From positions 1-32,480 of the forward strand of contig PXDI01000090.1 of assembly GCA_003565095.1 (NCBI GenBank): 32,480 nucleotides of DNA, in the 5' to 3' direction. The position numbers and the translations under genes are program-made. Positions within the stretch are counted from its first letter, which is position 1; every line of letters begins with the position of its first letter. Shown in pieces: positions 7,751 through 16,200 of the stretch. The stretch is from PVC group bacterium (GTDB taxonomy: Bacteria > Verrucomicrobiota > Kiritimatiellia > UBA8416 > PXDI01). The notes under the pieces were generated by a model, which worked only from the letters and a program-made list of their open reading frames with translations, was not told the origin of the DNA and searched no databases.

Positions 7751-9178
7751 ATGCCAAGTCAAACAATGCATTTATCGCAGAGTCAGCAGCAGTTGATGAT
7801 TCTGGCGCCGCAGTTGCGTCAGTCATTGGAAATGCTGCAGCTTCCCATTCTGGAACTGCGCCAGATGATTCAACAGGAAATTGAGCAGAATCCGACGCTG
7901 GAAGAGGAACCGATCATTCAGGAATCGGTTGAGATTGAGCCGGAAACGCAAAGCACCGATGAACAGAAGGAAATGGATTTTAAGGAGGAGTTCGAGGTGC
8001 TGGCGCGGCTTGACGATGAATGGCGCGATTATTTCTTTCAGAATGAGTCGGATGACAAGAGCTCCGACAGTGAAGAGCGGCGTCAGTTCATGTTTGATTC
8101 TATTGAGCAGCGTGAATCTCTGCAGGAGCATTTGTTGCAACAGTTGGCGCTCAGCGAGTTGTCTGAAAAAGACCGGCGCATTGCCGAATTGATTGTCGGC
8201 AGCATAAATAATGATGGCTATCTGACAACGCCGCTTGAAGAACTGGCCGAAAATGCCGGATCAGATATCGAACACCTTGAGGACGTGCTGGCGGTGGTCC
8301 AGGATTTTCATCCCACCGGTGTCGGTGCCCGCGATCTGCGCGAATGTCTTTTGCGGCAACTGGAACGTGTAACGCTCAGTAATGGTCTGGCCATCAAGAT
8401 CATCAGCAACCATATTGACCGCCTTGCGGCACATAAACTGCAGGAAATCGCCCGTGCATTGAAAGTCAAGGTTGAGGAGGTGCAGAAGGCCGCGGAACTG
8501 ATCGGCACCCTTGATCCCAAGCCGGGGCGGCTTTACAGCGACGATGTCGTAACCTATGTCCTGCCGGAAATTGTGGTGCGCAAAATCGAGGGGCAGTGGA
8601 TGGTTATCCTGAACGATGATCAGCTTCCGCATCTGCGCATCAGCCGGCATTACCGCAGTCTGCTGGAAAATCCCGACACCCCGGCAGATACCCGCGCCTA
8701 TATCCAGGAACGGATCCGGGCCGGTGCGTTTATGATAAAAAGCATCCATCAACGGCAAAAAACCATTCAGCGCATTGCCACTGAAATTGTCGATGCCCAG
8801 ACGGAATTTCTTGAACACGGCGTTTCGCACCTCAAACCGCTGACCATGTCTGAGATTGCCAATAAAGTCGGCGTTCACGAAACCACCGTCAGCCGCGCAT
8901 GTTCAGGCAAATATATGCGCTGTCCGCGCGGCATGTTCGAGTTGAAGTATTTCTTTACTCCCGGCATCAAAACCGCCGACGGGACACAGGTCTCAAATAA
9001 GACCGTTAAGGATATCATCGAGGCGATGGTTGCTGATGAGGATGCCACACAGCCGCTTTCGGATCAGCAGATTATGGATAATCTCAAGGAGCAGGGCATC
9101 GGAATTGCCCGGCGGACAGTGGCAAAATACCGCCTGATGCTCAGAATCCAGCCCTCACATATGCGGAAACGTTTTTAA
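7751..9178 (+). CDS. rpoN: RNA polymerase sigma-54 factor RpoN
   Basis: The N-terminus is Gln/Leu-rich region I (LSQSQQQLMILAPQLRQSLEMLQLPILEL), followed by an acidic region II. The C-terminal HTH (MSEIANKVGVHETTVSRA) and the RpoN box ARRTVAKYR are present. Confidence 0.97.
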   Translation: MPSQTMHLSQSQQQLMILAPQLRQSLEMLQLPILELRQMIQQEIEQNPTLEEEPIIQESVEIEPETQSTDEQKEMDFKEEFEVLARLDDEWRDYFFQNESDDKSSDSEERRQFMFDSIEQRESLQEHLLQQLALSELSEKDRRIAELIVGSINNDGYLTTPLEELAENAGSDIEHLEDVLAVVQDFHPTGVGARDLRECLLRQLERVTLSNGLAIKIISNHIDRLAAHKLQEIARALKVKVEEVQKAAELIGTLDPKPGRLYSDDVVTYVLPEIVVRKIEGQWMVILNDDQLPHLRISRHYRSLLENPDTPADTRAYIQERIRAGAFMIKSIHQRQKTIQRIATEIVDAQTEFLEHGVSHLKPLTMSEIANKVGVHETTVSRACSGKYMRCPRGMFELKYFFTPGIKTADGTQVSNKTVKDIIEAMVADEDATQPLSDQQIMDNLKEQGIGIARRTVAKYRLMLRIQPSHMRKRF

Positions 9179-9187
9179 TTCCCTTTC

Positions 9188-10258
9188 ATGCGCATTCTGG
9201 TTATAGCCGAAGGAGTTGACCGTTCAGAAGCACAGGTGTATGCGGGTTTGCGCGAAGCCGGCTTTCATCTGGATATCTGGACCGCGCCGGATGTTAACCA
9301 GCACCTCATGCAGCAAGCCGGGCTTGAATTCAATACAATCAGAATCCGGCACCGGCTCGACCGGCAGGCGGTCGCGTTTTTTCATCAGAAACTGCACAAG
9401 CAACAATTCTCCGCGGTTTATGCCCCGATAAACCGCGCCCTTTCAGTCGCATTATGTGCCACGCGCAAGTGTGGCACCCCGGTGGTCGGCTACCGGGGAA
9501 CAACCGGACATATCAGCCGCTTTGATCCCGGCTCCCGTTTGACTTATCTTAATCCACGGGTGGCACGGATTGTGTGTGTCTCAGAGGCCGTGCGGAATTA
9601 TCTGCTGCAATTTTCCATTCCCCCCGGAAAACTGGTGACAATCAGCAAAGGACATGATCCGACCTGGTACCGCAACAATGCCGCCGCCTCCGTGCGCGCC
9701 GAATTCGGCATACCCGATAAAGCGCTTCTGCTGTGTTTTGCCGGACGGATAAGGCCGGTTAAAGGCGTTGATGTACTGCTGCGGGCGATGAAAGCGCTGC
9801 CCGCGGATGCCGCGGTGCATTTATTGATCGCCGGCACAATTGATGACCGTAAGGTAAACCGGATGCTCAAGGATGCGGCTTTGCGCGCCAGGGTGCATCT
9901 CACCGGATATCGTGATGCAGCATGGCAGTTGACCGGACAGTGTGATGTTTTTGTAATGCCCTCTATCGGGCGCGAAGGACTGCCGCGCGCAGTAATTGAA
10001 GCCATGGCGCAGGGCGTGCCCACAGTGGTCTCTGATGTCGGCGGTATGCCCGCACTGGTGCGTGACGGCGTGGACGGCATGGTTGTGCCGCCGGGCAATG
10101 TAAACGCACTCACCACCGCGTTGCTGGAACTCGCCGGTGACAGCACAAAACGCACCGCAATGGGCCGCAGCGCACAAGGCCGCATCGAATCAGATTACCA
10201 TGTCCGTAATACCGTCTCCGGATATGTGAAACTATTAAATGAAATCTGCCATGTGTAA
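9188..10258 (+). CDS. Glycosyltransferase family 4 (RfaG-like, GT-B fold)
   Basis: The C-terminal signature is FVMPSIGREGLPRAVIEAMAQGVPTVVSDVGGMPALVRDGVDGMVVPPGNVNAL (the E-x7-E region). It starts 9 nt after the rpoN stop. Confidence 0.85.
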   Translation: MRILVIAEGVDRSEAQVYAGLREAGFHLDIWTAPDVNQHLMQQAGLEFNTIRIRHRLDRQAVAFFHQKLHKQQFSAVYAPINRALSVALCATRKCGTPVVGYRGTTGHISRFDPGSRLTYLNPRVARIVCVSEAVRNYLLQFSIPPGKLVTISKGHDPTWYRNNAAASVRAEFGIPDKALLLCFAGRIRPVKGVDVLLRAMKALPADAAVHLLIAGTIDDRKVNRMLKDAALRARVHLTGYRDAAWQLTGQCDVFVMPSIGREGLPRAVIEAMAQGVPTVVSDVGGMPALVRDGVDGMVVPPGNVNALTTALLELAGDSTKRTAMGRSAQGRIESDYHVRNTVSGYVKLLNEICHV

Positions 10259-12419
10259 CCCTGAAACAAATAACTCCGCCGCCACCACGCAACTCGATTT
10301 ATCGGATAGCTGGGTGTTTCACCGCGGACGCATCAGCCGCCGGCGGCTGTGCGGTGCGGATGCCCCCGCCGGTGAAACAGTGTCGCTGCCGCATAGCTGG
10401 AACATGACCGATACGTTTCAGCCGGGAGTGCAGTATTACAGGGGAACCGGTGCCTACCACCGCAGCTTTGCATGCCCGCCGGAATTCTCCTCCGGCCGGA
10501 TCTGGCTCTGTTCGGAAGGTTTCTACGGCACCGGCAAAGTCTGGATTAACGGCCGCCCCGCCGGAAACGTCAACGGACAGTTTCTCGGCTTCCGCCTGCC
10601 GGTAGACGCTTTGCTGCGTTACGGTGAGGAAAACAGCATTGCCTGCCGCCTCACAAACCGCTGCGGAAACCGCGAACTGCCCGGCATCCGACATCCCGAC
10701 TTTCTGCTGCACGGGGGGCTTGCCGGCCGGGTCTGGCTCGAAAAAACCGGTGATTGCTATCTGGATGACCGCCACCTGCAGGTGCACCCCGTCGCCGGTG
10801 CTGCGCCGTATGTCAACGCAACTGTCTGTGTGGTGAACTCCGGCAAAGCCGCTGTCAAAGCGGCCGTCGCCTGGTCGCTTAAAACTCCCGCCGGCAGCCT
10901 GTTGGCCGCCGAAGAAAGCGTTGCAACTACCGTTGCCGGCGACAGCCGGGAGACTTTCAGCATCAAACTGCCTGCTCCGGATGTGCAGCTCTGGTCGGAT
11001 AAATCCCCGCAACTCTATTGCTTTGAGGTGGTTTTGCTGGTTGATGACCGGCCGGCCGGGAACGTAAAGCGCCGAATCGGATTCCGAACGGCGGAGTTCC
11101 GGCCCGGTGAAGGCTTTTTTCTAAACGGTGAGCGCCTGCTGCTGGCGGGTTGCAACCGGCATGAAAGCATGCCGGGATGCGGCAATGCGCTTTCGGTCGC
11201 ACAACACAGAGCCGATGCCGCCGCCATCCGGCAGATGGGCCTCAACTTTGTGCGCCTCTCACACTATCCCCAGAGTCCGGCGTTTCTCGACGCTTGCGAT
11301 GAAATGGGCATTCTCGTATATGCCGAGCTGGCAAGCTGGAAAAGTGTGCGCGGCGGCTCATGGCTGCGCAAAGCGCAGCAGCAGTTTGCGGGCATGCTCC
11401 GTCGTGACCGCCATCATCCCGCAGTGATTCTCTGGGGCATGGGGAATGAAGGCCGCCATCGTAAAGCATTTACCGTTCTTGCGTCACTGGCCAAACAACT
11501 TGATCCATCCCGCCCGGTGATCTATGCCGAGAATCACCTCTACCGCGCCCGGCGCAAAAAAACGGTCGGCCTGCCGGATGTCTGGGGCTGCAATTATGAA
11601 CTCGACTCCTTGGAGGAAGGCTGCCGCGCTGCAAAGTTGCGTTGTGTCATCGTCAGCGAATGTTCAAATGCGCCGTATGCCCGGCGCGGTGATCTTGACG
11701 CCGAGCGGCGGCAGATCGATCAACTGGCCGCGGATCTTCCGCGGATTGAAGCGGTGCCTTTTACGGCCGGATTCGCCATCTGGTGCTTCAGCGACTATGC
11801 CACCCTGCGTAAGGCGCGCTTCCTACGTTATTCCGGGGTTGTCGATGCATGGCGCGAACCCAAGCTGGCCGCATTCTGGCTGCGGGCACGTTACAGCCGT
11901 GAACCCTTCATCAAACTCGCCGCAGACTGGCAGCCGGAAAACACTGCGTCTGCCGCTCTGCGCCGGGTGGATCTTTTTATGACTGTCTCCGCGGCGGAAA
12001 TCCGTATAAATAACCGGACCGTCAAGGTGGTTGAAGGCCGCGGACACCATCTGCTGCAACTTCCGTTTGAAGCGGGACGGCTGGAAGCGGTTGAAGTGAA
12101 TGGGGCAGGGCTGCGGGATGTTATTGAAACATCCGGCCCGGCCGCCCGGCTGCAGTTGAGTGTATTCGATGAACCGGGCACTGTGCTGCGTCTTGAAGTG
12201 CTTGACAGCAACGGCAATTTAGTGCGCAACTGGGATGGTCAGGTTAATTTAGATGTGAGCGGCGCGGCCCGTGCGTTTCCATATAGAGCGGGCAAAGTGC
12301 TGGTGGCGGGTGGAACCGCCCGCATCCCCGTTGCCGCCGGGGGCGCGGCACGTAAAAGTGAACTGCGGGTCTCCGCTGAAGGGCTTGCGTCAGCAGAGAT
12401 TGGAATGCACGATGAATAA
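10239..12419 (+). CDS. Glycoside hydrolase family 2 (beta-galactosidase/beta-glucuronidase-like), no signal peptide
   Basis: Motifs seen are LPHSWN, YYRGTGAYHRSF, FLNGERLLLAGCNRHE, NFVRLSHYPQSP, ILWGMGNEG (acid/base Glu) and VIVSECSN (candidate nucleophile Glu). The ATG at 10239 overlaps the GT4 gene by 20 nt; an alternative ATG lies at 10251. Confidence 0.85.
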   Translation: MKSAMCNPETNNSAATTQLDLSDSWVFHRGRISRRRLCGADAPAGETVSLPHSWNMTDTFQPGVQYYRGTGAYHRSFACPPEFSSGRIWLCSEGFYGTGKVWINGRPAGNVNGQFLGFRLPVDALLRYGEENSIACRLTNRCGNRELPGIRHPDFLLHGGLAGRVWLEKTGDCYLDDRHLQVHPVAGAAPYVNATVCVVNSGKAAVKAAVAWSLKTPAGSLLAAEESVATTVAGDSRETFSIKLPAPDVQLWSDKSPQLYCFEVVLLVDDRPAGNVKRRIGFRTAEFRPGEGFFLNGERLLLAGCNRHESMPGCGNALSVAQHRADAAAIRQMGLNFVRLSHYPQSPAFLDACDEMGILVYAELASWKSVRGGSWLRKAQQQFAGMLRRDRHHPAVILWGMGNEGRHRKAFTVLASLAKQLDPSRPVIYAENHLYRARRKKTVGLPDVWGCNYELDSLEEGCRAAKLRCVIVSECSNAPYARRGDLDAERRQIDQLAADLPRIEAVPFTAGFAIWCFSDYATLRKARFLRYSGVVDAWREPKLAAFWLRARYSREPFIKLAADWQPENTASAALRRVDLFMTVSAAEIRINNRTVKVVEGRGHHLLQLPFEAGRLEAVEVNGAGLRDVIETSGPAARLQLSVFDEPGTVLRLEVLDSNGNLVRNWDGQVNLDVSGAARAFPYRAGKVLVAGGTARIPVAAGGAARKSELRVSAEGLASAEIGMHDE

Positions 12420-13305
12420 TGATAAAATGTATCCGTATGGGCCTTTGCACAAGCTGCAGGAAACTTTTTTCCGGCTCGCCGCCAGCGGCTTGATCCCGCC
12501 GGACAGCTTTCGTGCCGCACTGCCCGCGGTAAATGACCGTAAACCGTCTCCGGAGTTTCCCTCCCTTGAAATCGTCAGCCACTGCTGGCAGTACTCCACA
12601 ATGCTGGCTTATCAGCTTAGCTCTCTGGTCAATTACCCGCCGGCAAAACTTTCCGTGCTGGTAACCGTTTTCTATGCCGCAACAGATACTGCCACGGTGG
12701 AGCTATTGCAGTTTATCGGCAAACATCAGGTGGACAATATAAGCTGGAACTGGCAGCCGCTGCCGGAAGCACAGTTGTTCCGCCGCAGCATCGGCCGCAA
12801 CCGCGCGGCTCTCGCCACACAGGCCGATTGGATCTGGATGACCGATTGCGATATAGTTTTTCATAAAGGCTGCCTTGATTCGCTGGCGGAGGAATTGTGC
12901 GGAAAAACTGATTCATTGGTGTTTCCCGCAGAGGTGCAGATTACAAGCCTTTTGCCCGGTACAGCACCCATGTTGCGTAAGGGCGCCGATTTACAACTGA
13001 AGGAAATTGATCCGCGGCAGTTCCGCCCCGACCGCCGCGACCGCGCGAAAGGTCCATTTCAGATAATTCACGGGGATGTCGCCCGCGCCATCGGCTATTG
13101 TGACCGGATTACCCTCTATCAGACCCCGGCCGCCTATTGGTGCAAATGCTATGAAGACCGCGCGTTCCGCTGGCTGGCGGGCTCTCAGGGCTCTCCGGTT
13201 AATATTGTCAATGCCTGCCAGATCCGGCATGTTGAAAAAGGCCGTTACCGGCAGCAGTCGCGATGGTCCCGGCTGCGCAGCAGAATCCGCCGTATGCAGG
13301 AGTAA
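12412..13305 (+). CDS. Putative GT-A fold glycosyltransferase (GT2-like, DXD motif)
   Basis: LEIVSHCWQYSTMLAYQLSSL resembles the GT2 N-terminal strand-helix, and WIWMTDCDIVF supplies a DXD motif. The ATG at 12412 overlaps the GH2 stop codon region (atgaataa). The track ORF starts at 12271, inside GH2. Confidence 0.5.
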   Translation: MNNDKMYPYGPLHKLQETFFRLAASGLIPPDSFRAALPAVNDRKPSPEFPSLEIVSHCWQYSTMLAYQLSSLVNYPPAKLSVLVTVFYAATDTATVELLQFIGKHQVDNISWNWQPLPEAQLFRRSIGRNRAALATQADWIWMTDCDIVFHKGCLDSLAEELCGKTDSLVFPAEVQITSLLPGTAPMLRKGADLQLKEIDPRQFRPDRRDRAKGPFQIIHGDVARAIGYCDRITLYQTPAAYWCKCYEDRAFRWLAGSQGSPVNIVNACQIRHVEKGRYRQQSRWSRLRSRIRRMQE

Positions 13306-13308
13306 AAG

Positions 13309-14340
13309 ATGCCGCCGGCACAAACATATTTTCTGGTAAATGATACCCGCTATGACAACCATTTCGGCGGGTTGACGGTGATAAAAAACCTGCAGGCCGG
13401 AATGTCGACCCGCGGATGGCATTGCTGCGGATCTCTCCCGGTCAGCTCATCCTCCCGCCATCTGCCTGCCCATCGCAATGCCATCAGGACCGCCCGGCGG
13501 ATAATTATCAACGGCGAAGGTTCTCTGCATCATAACAGCCGCAATACCCGGCGGTTGCTGGAAATTTGCAAAAAACTCCGGCAAACGCATCCGCTCATAC
13601 TGGTAAATGCAGTCTGGCAGGATAATGATCCGGCGGAATGGCTGCCGTTACTGCGTGACTTCAAAGCCGTCTATGCGCGGGATCGCCGCAGCCGCAAACA
13701 ACTACAAGAAATCGGCATCGCCGCACAATACGCGCCGGACTTGACCTTTTATGATTACCCGACATTGCCCGCACAACCACGGGCGGATTATTTATGTACC
13801 GATTCAGTAAATCCGGTATGGACCCGCGCGGCGCTGGCTGCCTGCCGGCGGGATGAACAGCTTACGTTTATTACCCTGTTCACCGCATCCCTGCGCTATC
13901 GTCGCGGTCCGAAAGACTGGCATAAGATTGTCAAATACAGGCTCTATCCCTTGCTGCAACAAAACCTCAAAATACCCGTCCCGCCCCGCTACCAGTCGCT
14001 GCCATATGCGGTAGACGAGCTCAATGCACTTTTACAGAAAATTGCGGCCTGCCGGGCGGTCTGCACCGCCCGCTATCACGCTTTATGCTTTGCGCTGCAA
14101 CAGGAGACTCCGTTTGTCGCGGTGGCATCCAACTCGCACAAAAGCGAAGCCCTGCTCGAAGAAACCGGCATCCCGCCCGCAGCGTTTATGCTTGCCGGCA
14201 ATGATATAGATGAACTTAAAACAAAACTGATGCAGGCAGAGGATGCCTACCCCGGCATCCAGCCGGCCATTCAACGGTTTAAACAGTCAGCAAAACAAAA
14301 AATCAACAGTATGTTTGATCAGATTGCAGGTGAATTGTGA
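13309..14340 (+). CDS. Polysaccharide pyruvyl-transferase-like protein (tentative)
   Basis: IINGEGSLHH and the C-terminal CTARYHALCFALQQETPFVAVASNSHKSEALLEETGI resemble the G-G-G and R-x-H motifs of the PF04230-type family. It starts 3 nt after the previous stop. The coding call is strong; the function is weak. Confidence 0.4.
   Translation: MPPAQTYFLVNDTRYDNHFGGLTVIKNLQAGMSTRGWHCCGSLPVSSSSRHLPAHRNAIRTARRIIINGEGSLHHNSRNTRRLLEICKKLRQTHPLILVNAVWQDNDPAEWLPLLRDFKAVYARDRRSRKQLQEIGIAAQYAPDLTFYDYPTLPAQPRADYLCTDSVNPVWTRAALAACRRDEQLTFITLFTASLRYRRGPKDWHKIVKYRLYPLLQQNLKIPVPPRYQSLPYAVDELNALLQKIAACRAVCTARYHALCFALQQETPFVAVASNSHKSEALLEETGIPPAAFMLAGNDIDELKTKLMQAEDAYPGIQPAIQRFKQSAKQKINSMFDQIAGEL
14123..14138 (+). 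promoter_or_regulatory. Sigma-54-type -24/-12 promoter-like match TGGCAT-N5-TCGCA, internal to the preceding CDS
   Basis: The sequence is tggcatccaactcgca, with GG at 14124-14125, GC at 14136-14137 and exactly 10 nt between them. It lies about 200 nt upstream of the 14337 start. It was the only hit with correct GG-N10-GC spacing in my by-eye scan of TGGCA sites on both strands. Confidence 0.2.
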
Positions 14341-15437
14341 ACGATTTCTTTTTTATCTCATCGCCATTACATCTTTTTATGGCCGCTAATCTGGCCATTC
14401 AGAATCCGGCACACAAGAAAACCGCCCTTATTATCTCAAAAAACCGGCAGTCCGGCAGCCGCCTGCTGGCGGTTATTGCGCACGGTCCGGATATTTTTAC
14501 AAATACAGTTGATTTATCCGCCTGTCCCTTGCGGCGGGGTAACCGCCGGCATAAATCACGGTTTCAGTTGCTGAATGAGCTGCTTTCAGAAACATGCGAC
14601 GCCCGTATCTTTACGGGAAATGACCGGCGGATGGAGTTTCAGTACGCCATGCATGTTGCAACCCGCGGAAATCCGCAGACTGAAGGGATTTATCTGGACG
14701 AAGGAGCGGTCACATATATCGGGCATAAATCCATGCATCGGATTCAACACCGTTATATCGACCCGTTTTTCAAGCAGCTATTTTACGGTGCCTGCTACAA
14801 ACCGGCCGTTACCACCGGAGCGTCGGCCTGGGTTAATACCGTCTATGCCGCATTTCCCGCAGCGGTGCATCCGCTGTTACAGCGCAAAAACATTCGCGCA
14901 ATTGATCCGGCCCCTTTCAGGACAAAAGCTTTCAAAGAACTGGCGATGGCGATGTTGAAGGACTATCCTGAAATTGAAACCAGACTATGCGGAATAAAGC
15001 TGGTGCTGACCCTGCCGCATGAAGCCTGCTACATCAAGGAGCCGCGACGTTACCGTGAGTTTGCAGAACAACTGGGCGCTTACCTGCAACCGGCGCAAAT
15101 TGCCGTCAAACCCCATCCGCGCATCACCAACAGTGCAGTGCTGCATAATCTGTTTCCCGGCACAACCATTCTGGAACATCGTGTCGGTATGGAAGCTATG
15201 CTTCCGCTGCTGGATGACGATTGCATTATTGCCGGCGATATCTCTTCAACATTGTTAACCACCCGCTGGTTAAGGCCGGATCTGCAAGTCGTCGCACTAA
15301 CCGGCAATCAAGACGTCCCCGCGGTGCTCTCACGCCTTTACCGTACCCTTCATATCCCCATGATCAGCGCCGCGCAAATCGGCACCTATTTGAAAAGCTC
15401 CGGAGAGCATAAAAAGCGAAATGTCATAACGCCATGA
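14337..15437 (+). CDS. Putative sialyl/nonulosonate-transferase-like glycosyltransferase (GT52/GT38-like motifs)
   Basis: The N-terminus FFFISSPLHLFMAANLAI resembles the bacterial sialyltransferase N-terminal strand. A D/E-D/E-G motif is present as LDEG (14697-14705) and an HP motif as KPHPR (His-Pro at 15114-15119). The GTG start overlaps the upstream stop (gtga). Confidence 0.4.
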   Translation: MNDFFFISSPLHLFMAANLAIQNPAHKKTALIISKNRQSGSRLLAVIAHGPDIFTNTVDLSACPLRRGNRRHKSRFQLLNELLSETCDARIFTGNDRRMEFQYAMHVATRGNPQTEGIYLDEGAVTYIGHKSMHRIQHRYIDPFFKQLFYGACYKPAVTTGASAWVNTVYAAFPAAVHPLLQRKNIRAIDPAPFRTKAFKELAMAMLKDYPEIETRLCGIKLVLTLPHEACYIKEPRRYREFAEQLGAYLQPAQIAVKPHPRITNSAVLHNLFPGTTILEHRVGMEAMLPLLDDDCIIAGDISSTLLTTRWLRPDLQVVALTGNQDVPAVLSRLYRTLHIPMISAAQIGTYLKSSGEHKKRNVITP

Positions 15438-16123
15438 AGTTCAAACGAGCATTACCGCCTGAATCCATACAGCCGTTACGGGTTGTTCATATTAACTGTG
15501 TGCAGCTCGATCTGCAACGCCGCACAGCAACAGTTGACGGCAGACCGCGCAAGCTGAGAACCGGCTGCTGGATGTTTTATCTTCCGGAGCTGGAGATGAA
15601 ACTGTTTCATGCCGCCAACGGTATGATCGACTGTGTGCATGCATCACGTCCCGACGAGAATATTCTGCAGCAGCCCGCGGTTGATCTTGGTAGTTACACT
15701 TCCGACGACTGGCGGCGGGCGCTTTCGACACCGCTTTCACGCCGTCTGGCAGAAGTCTGGACCGTCAGTGTATTGTTGTGGCGCGCCGGTCTTGGTCCCC
15801 AGCCGCTGGGGGTTTGTTTTGTGCAACGCTTGTGTCGCGATCAACGTGAACAGGGACCCACCTGCGGTCTGCTGACACAAAATGTTTATTCACTGCCGCG
15901 CAAACTTCCCTGCCGGATCGAGCAAGTCCGGCAGGCGGGTGTTATTCCTGACCGGATCAAAAGCTGTGTCCGTCAACAGCTCCGCGGCTATGTGACAGAT
16001 GTGTGTTCGGTCGTTGGATGTATGCCGGATGACAAAGAGCAAGCTGTGAATGAGTTGGAAGATCTTCTGCGTAATGCTTCAGACTCAGATCTGCTGTCGT
16101 TTTTAAACGGGTCTATGGCTTAA
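15434..16123 (+). CDS. Hypothetical protein (no motif recognised), last gene of the glycan operon
   Basis: This is a 229-aa ORF whose ATG overlaps the upstream stop (atga), implying translational coupling. It is Cys-rich with no TM segment or signal peptide seen. Confidence 0.6.
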   Translation: MKFKRALPPESIQPLRVVHINCVQLDLQRRTATVDGRPRKLRTGCWMFYLPELEMKLFHAANGMIDCVHASRPDENILQQPAVDLGSYTSDDWRRALSTPLSRRLAEVWTVSVLLWRAGLGPQPLGVCFVQRLCRDQREQGPTCGLLTQNVYSLPRKLPCRIEQVRQAGVIPDRIKSCVRQQLRGYVTDVCSVVGCMPDDKEQAVNELEDLLRNASDSDLLSFLNGSMA

Positions 16124-16200
16124 CGACCAAAGACCCAAATTTAAAATATGCCCTCGTGACTTATAGTAAGTAAAACGTAGAACAAAAAACGTCGTAAAAC

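Noticed and set aside
12271-12411. Upstream extension of the GT-A gene (track ORF start 12271), and similar extensions at 3266, 18465, 22347 and 22352
   Set aside because: The extensions overlap the preceding genes or intergenic DNA and lack family-like sequence. The internal ATGs give canonical N-termini and the ATGA/short-overlap junctions typical of this operon.
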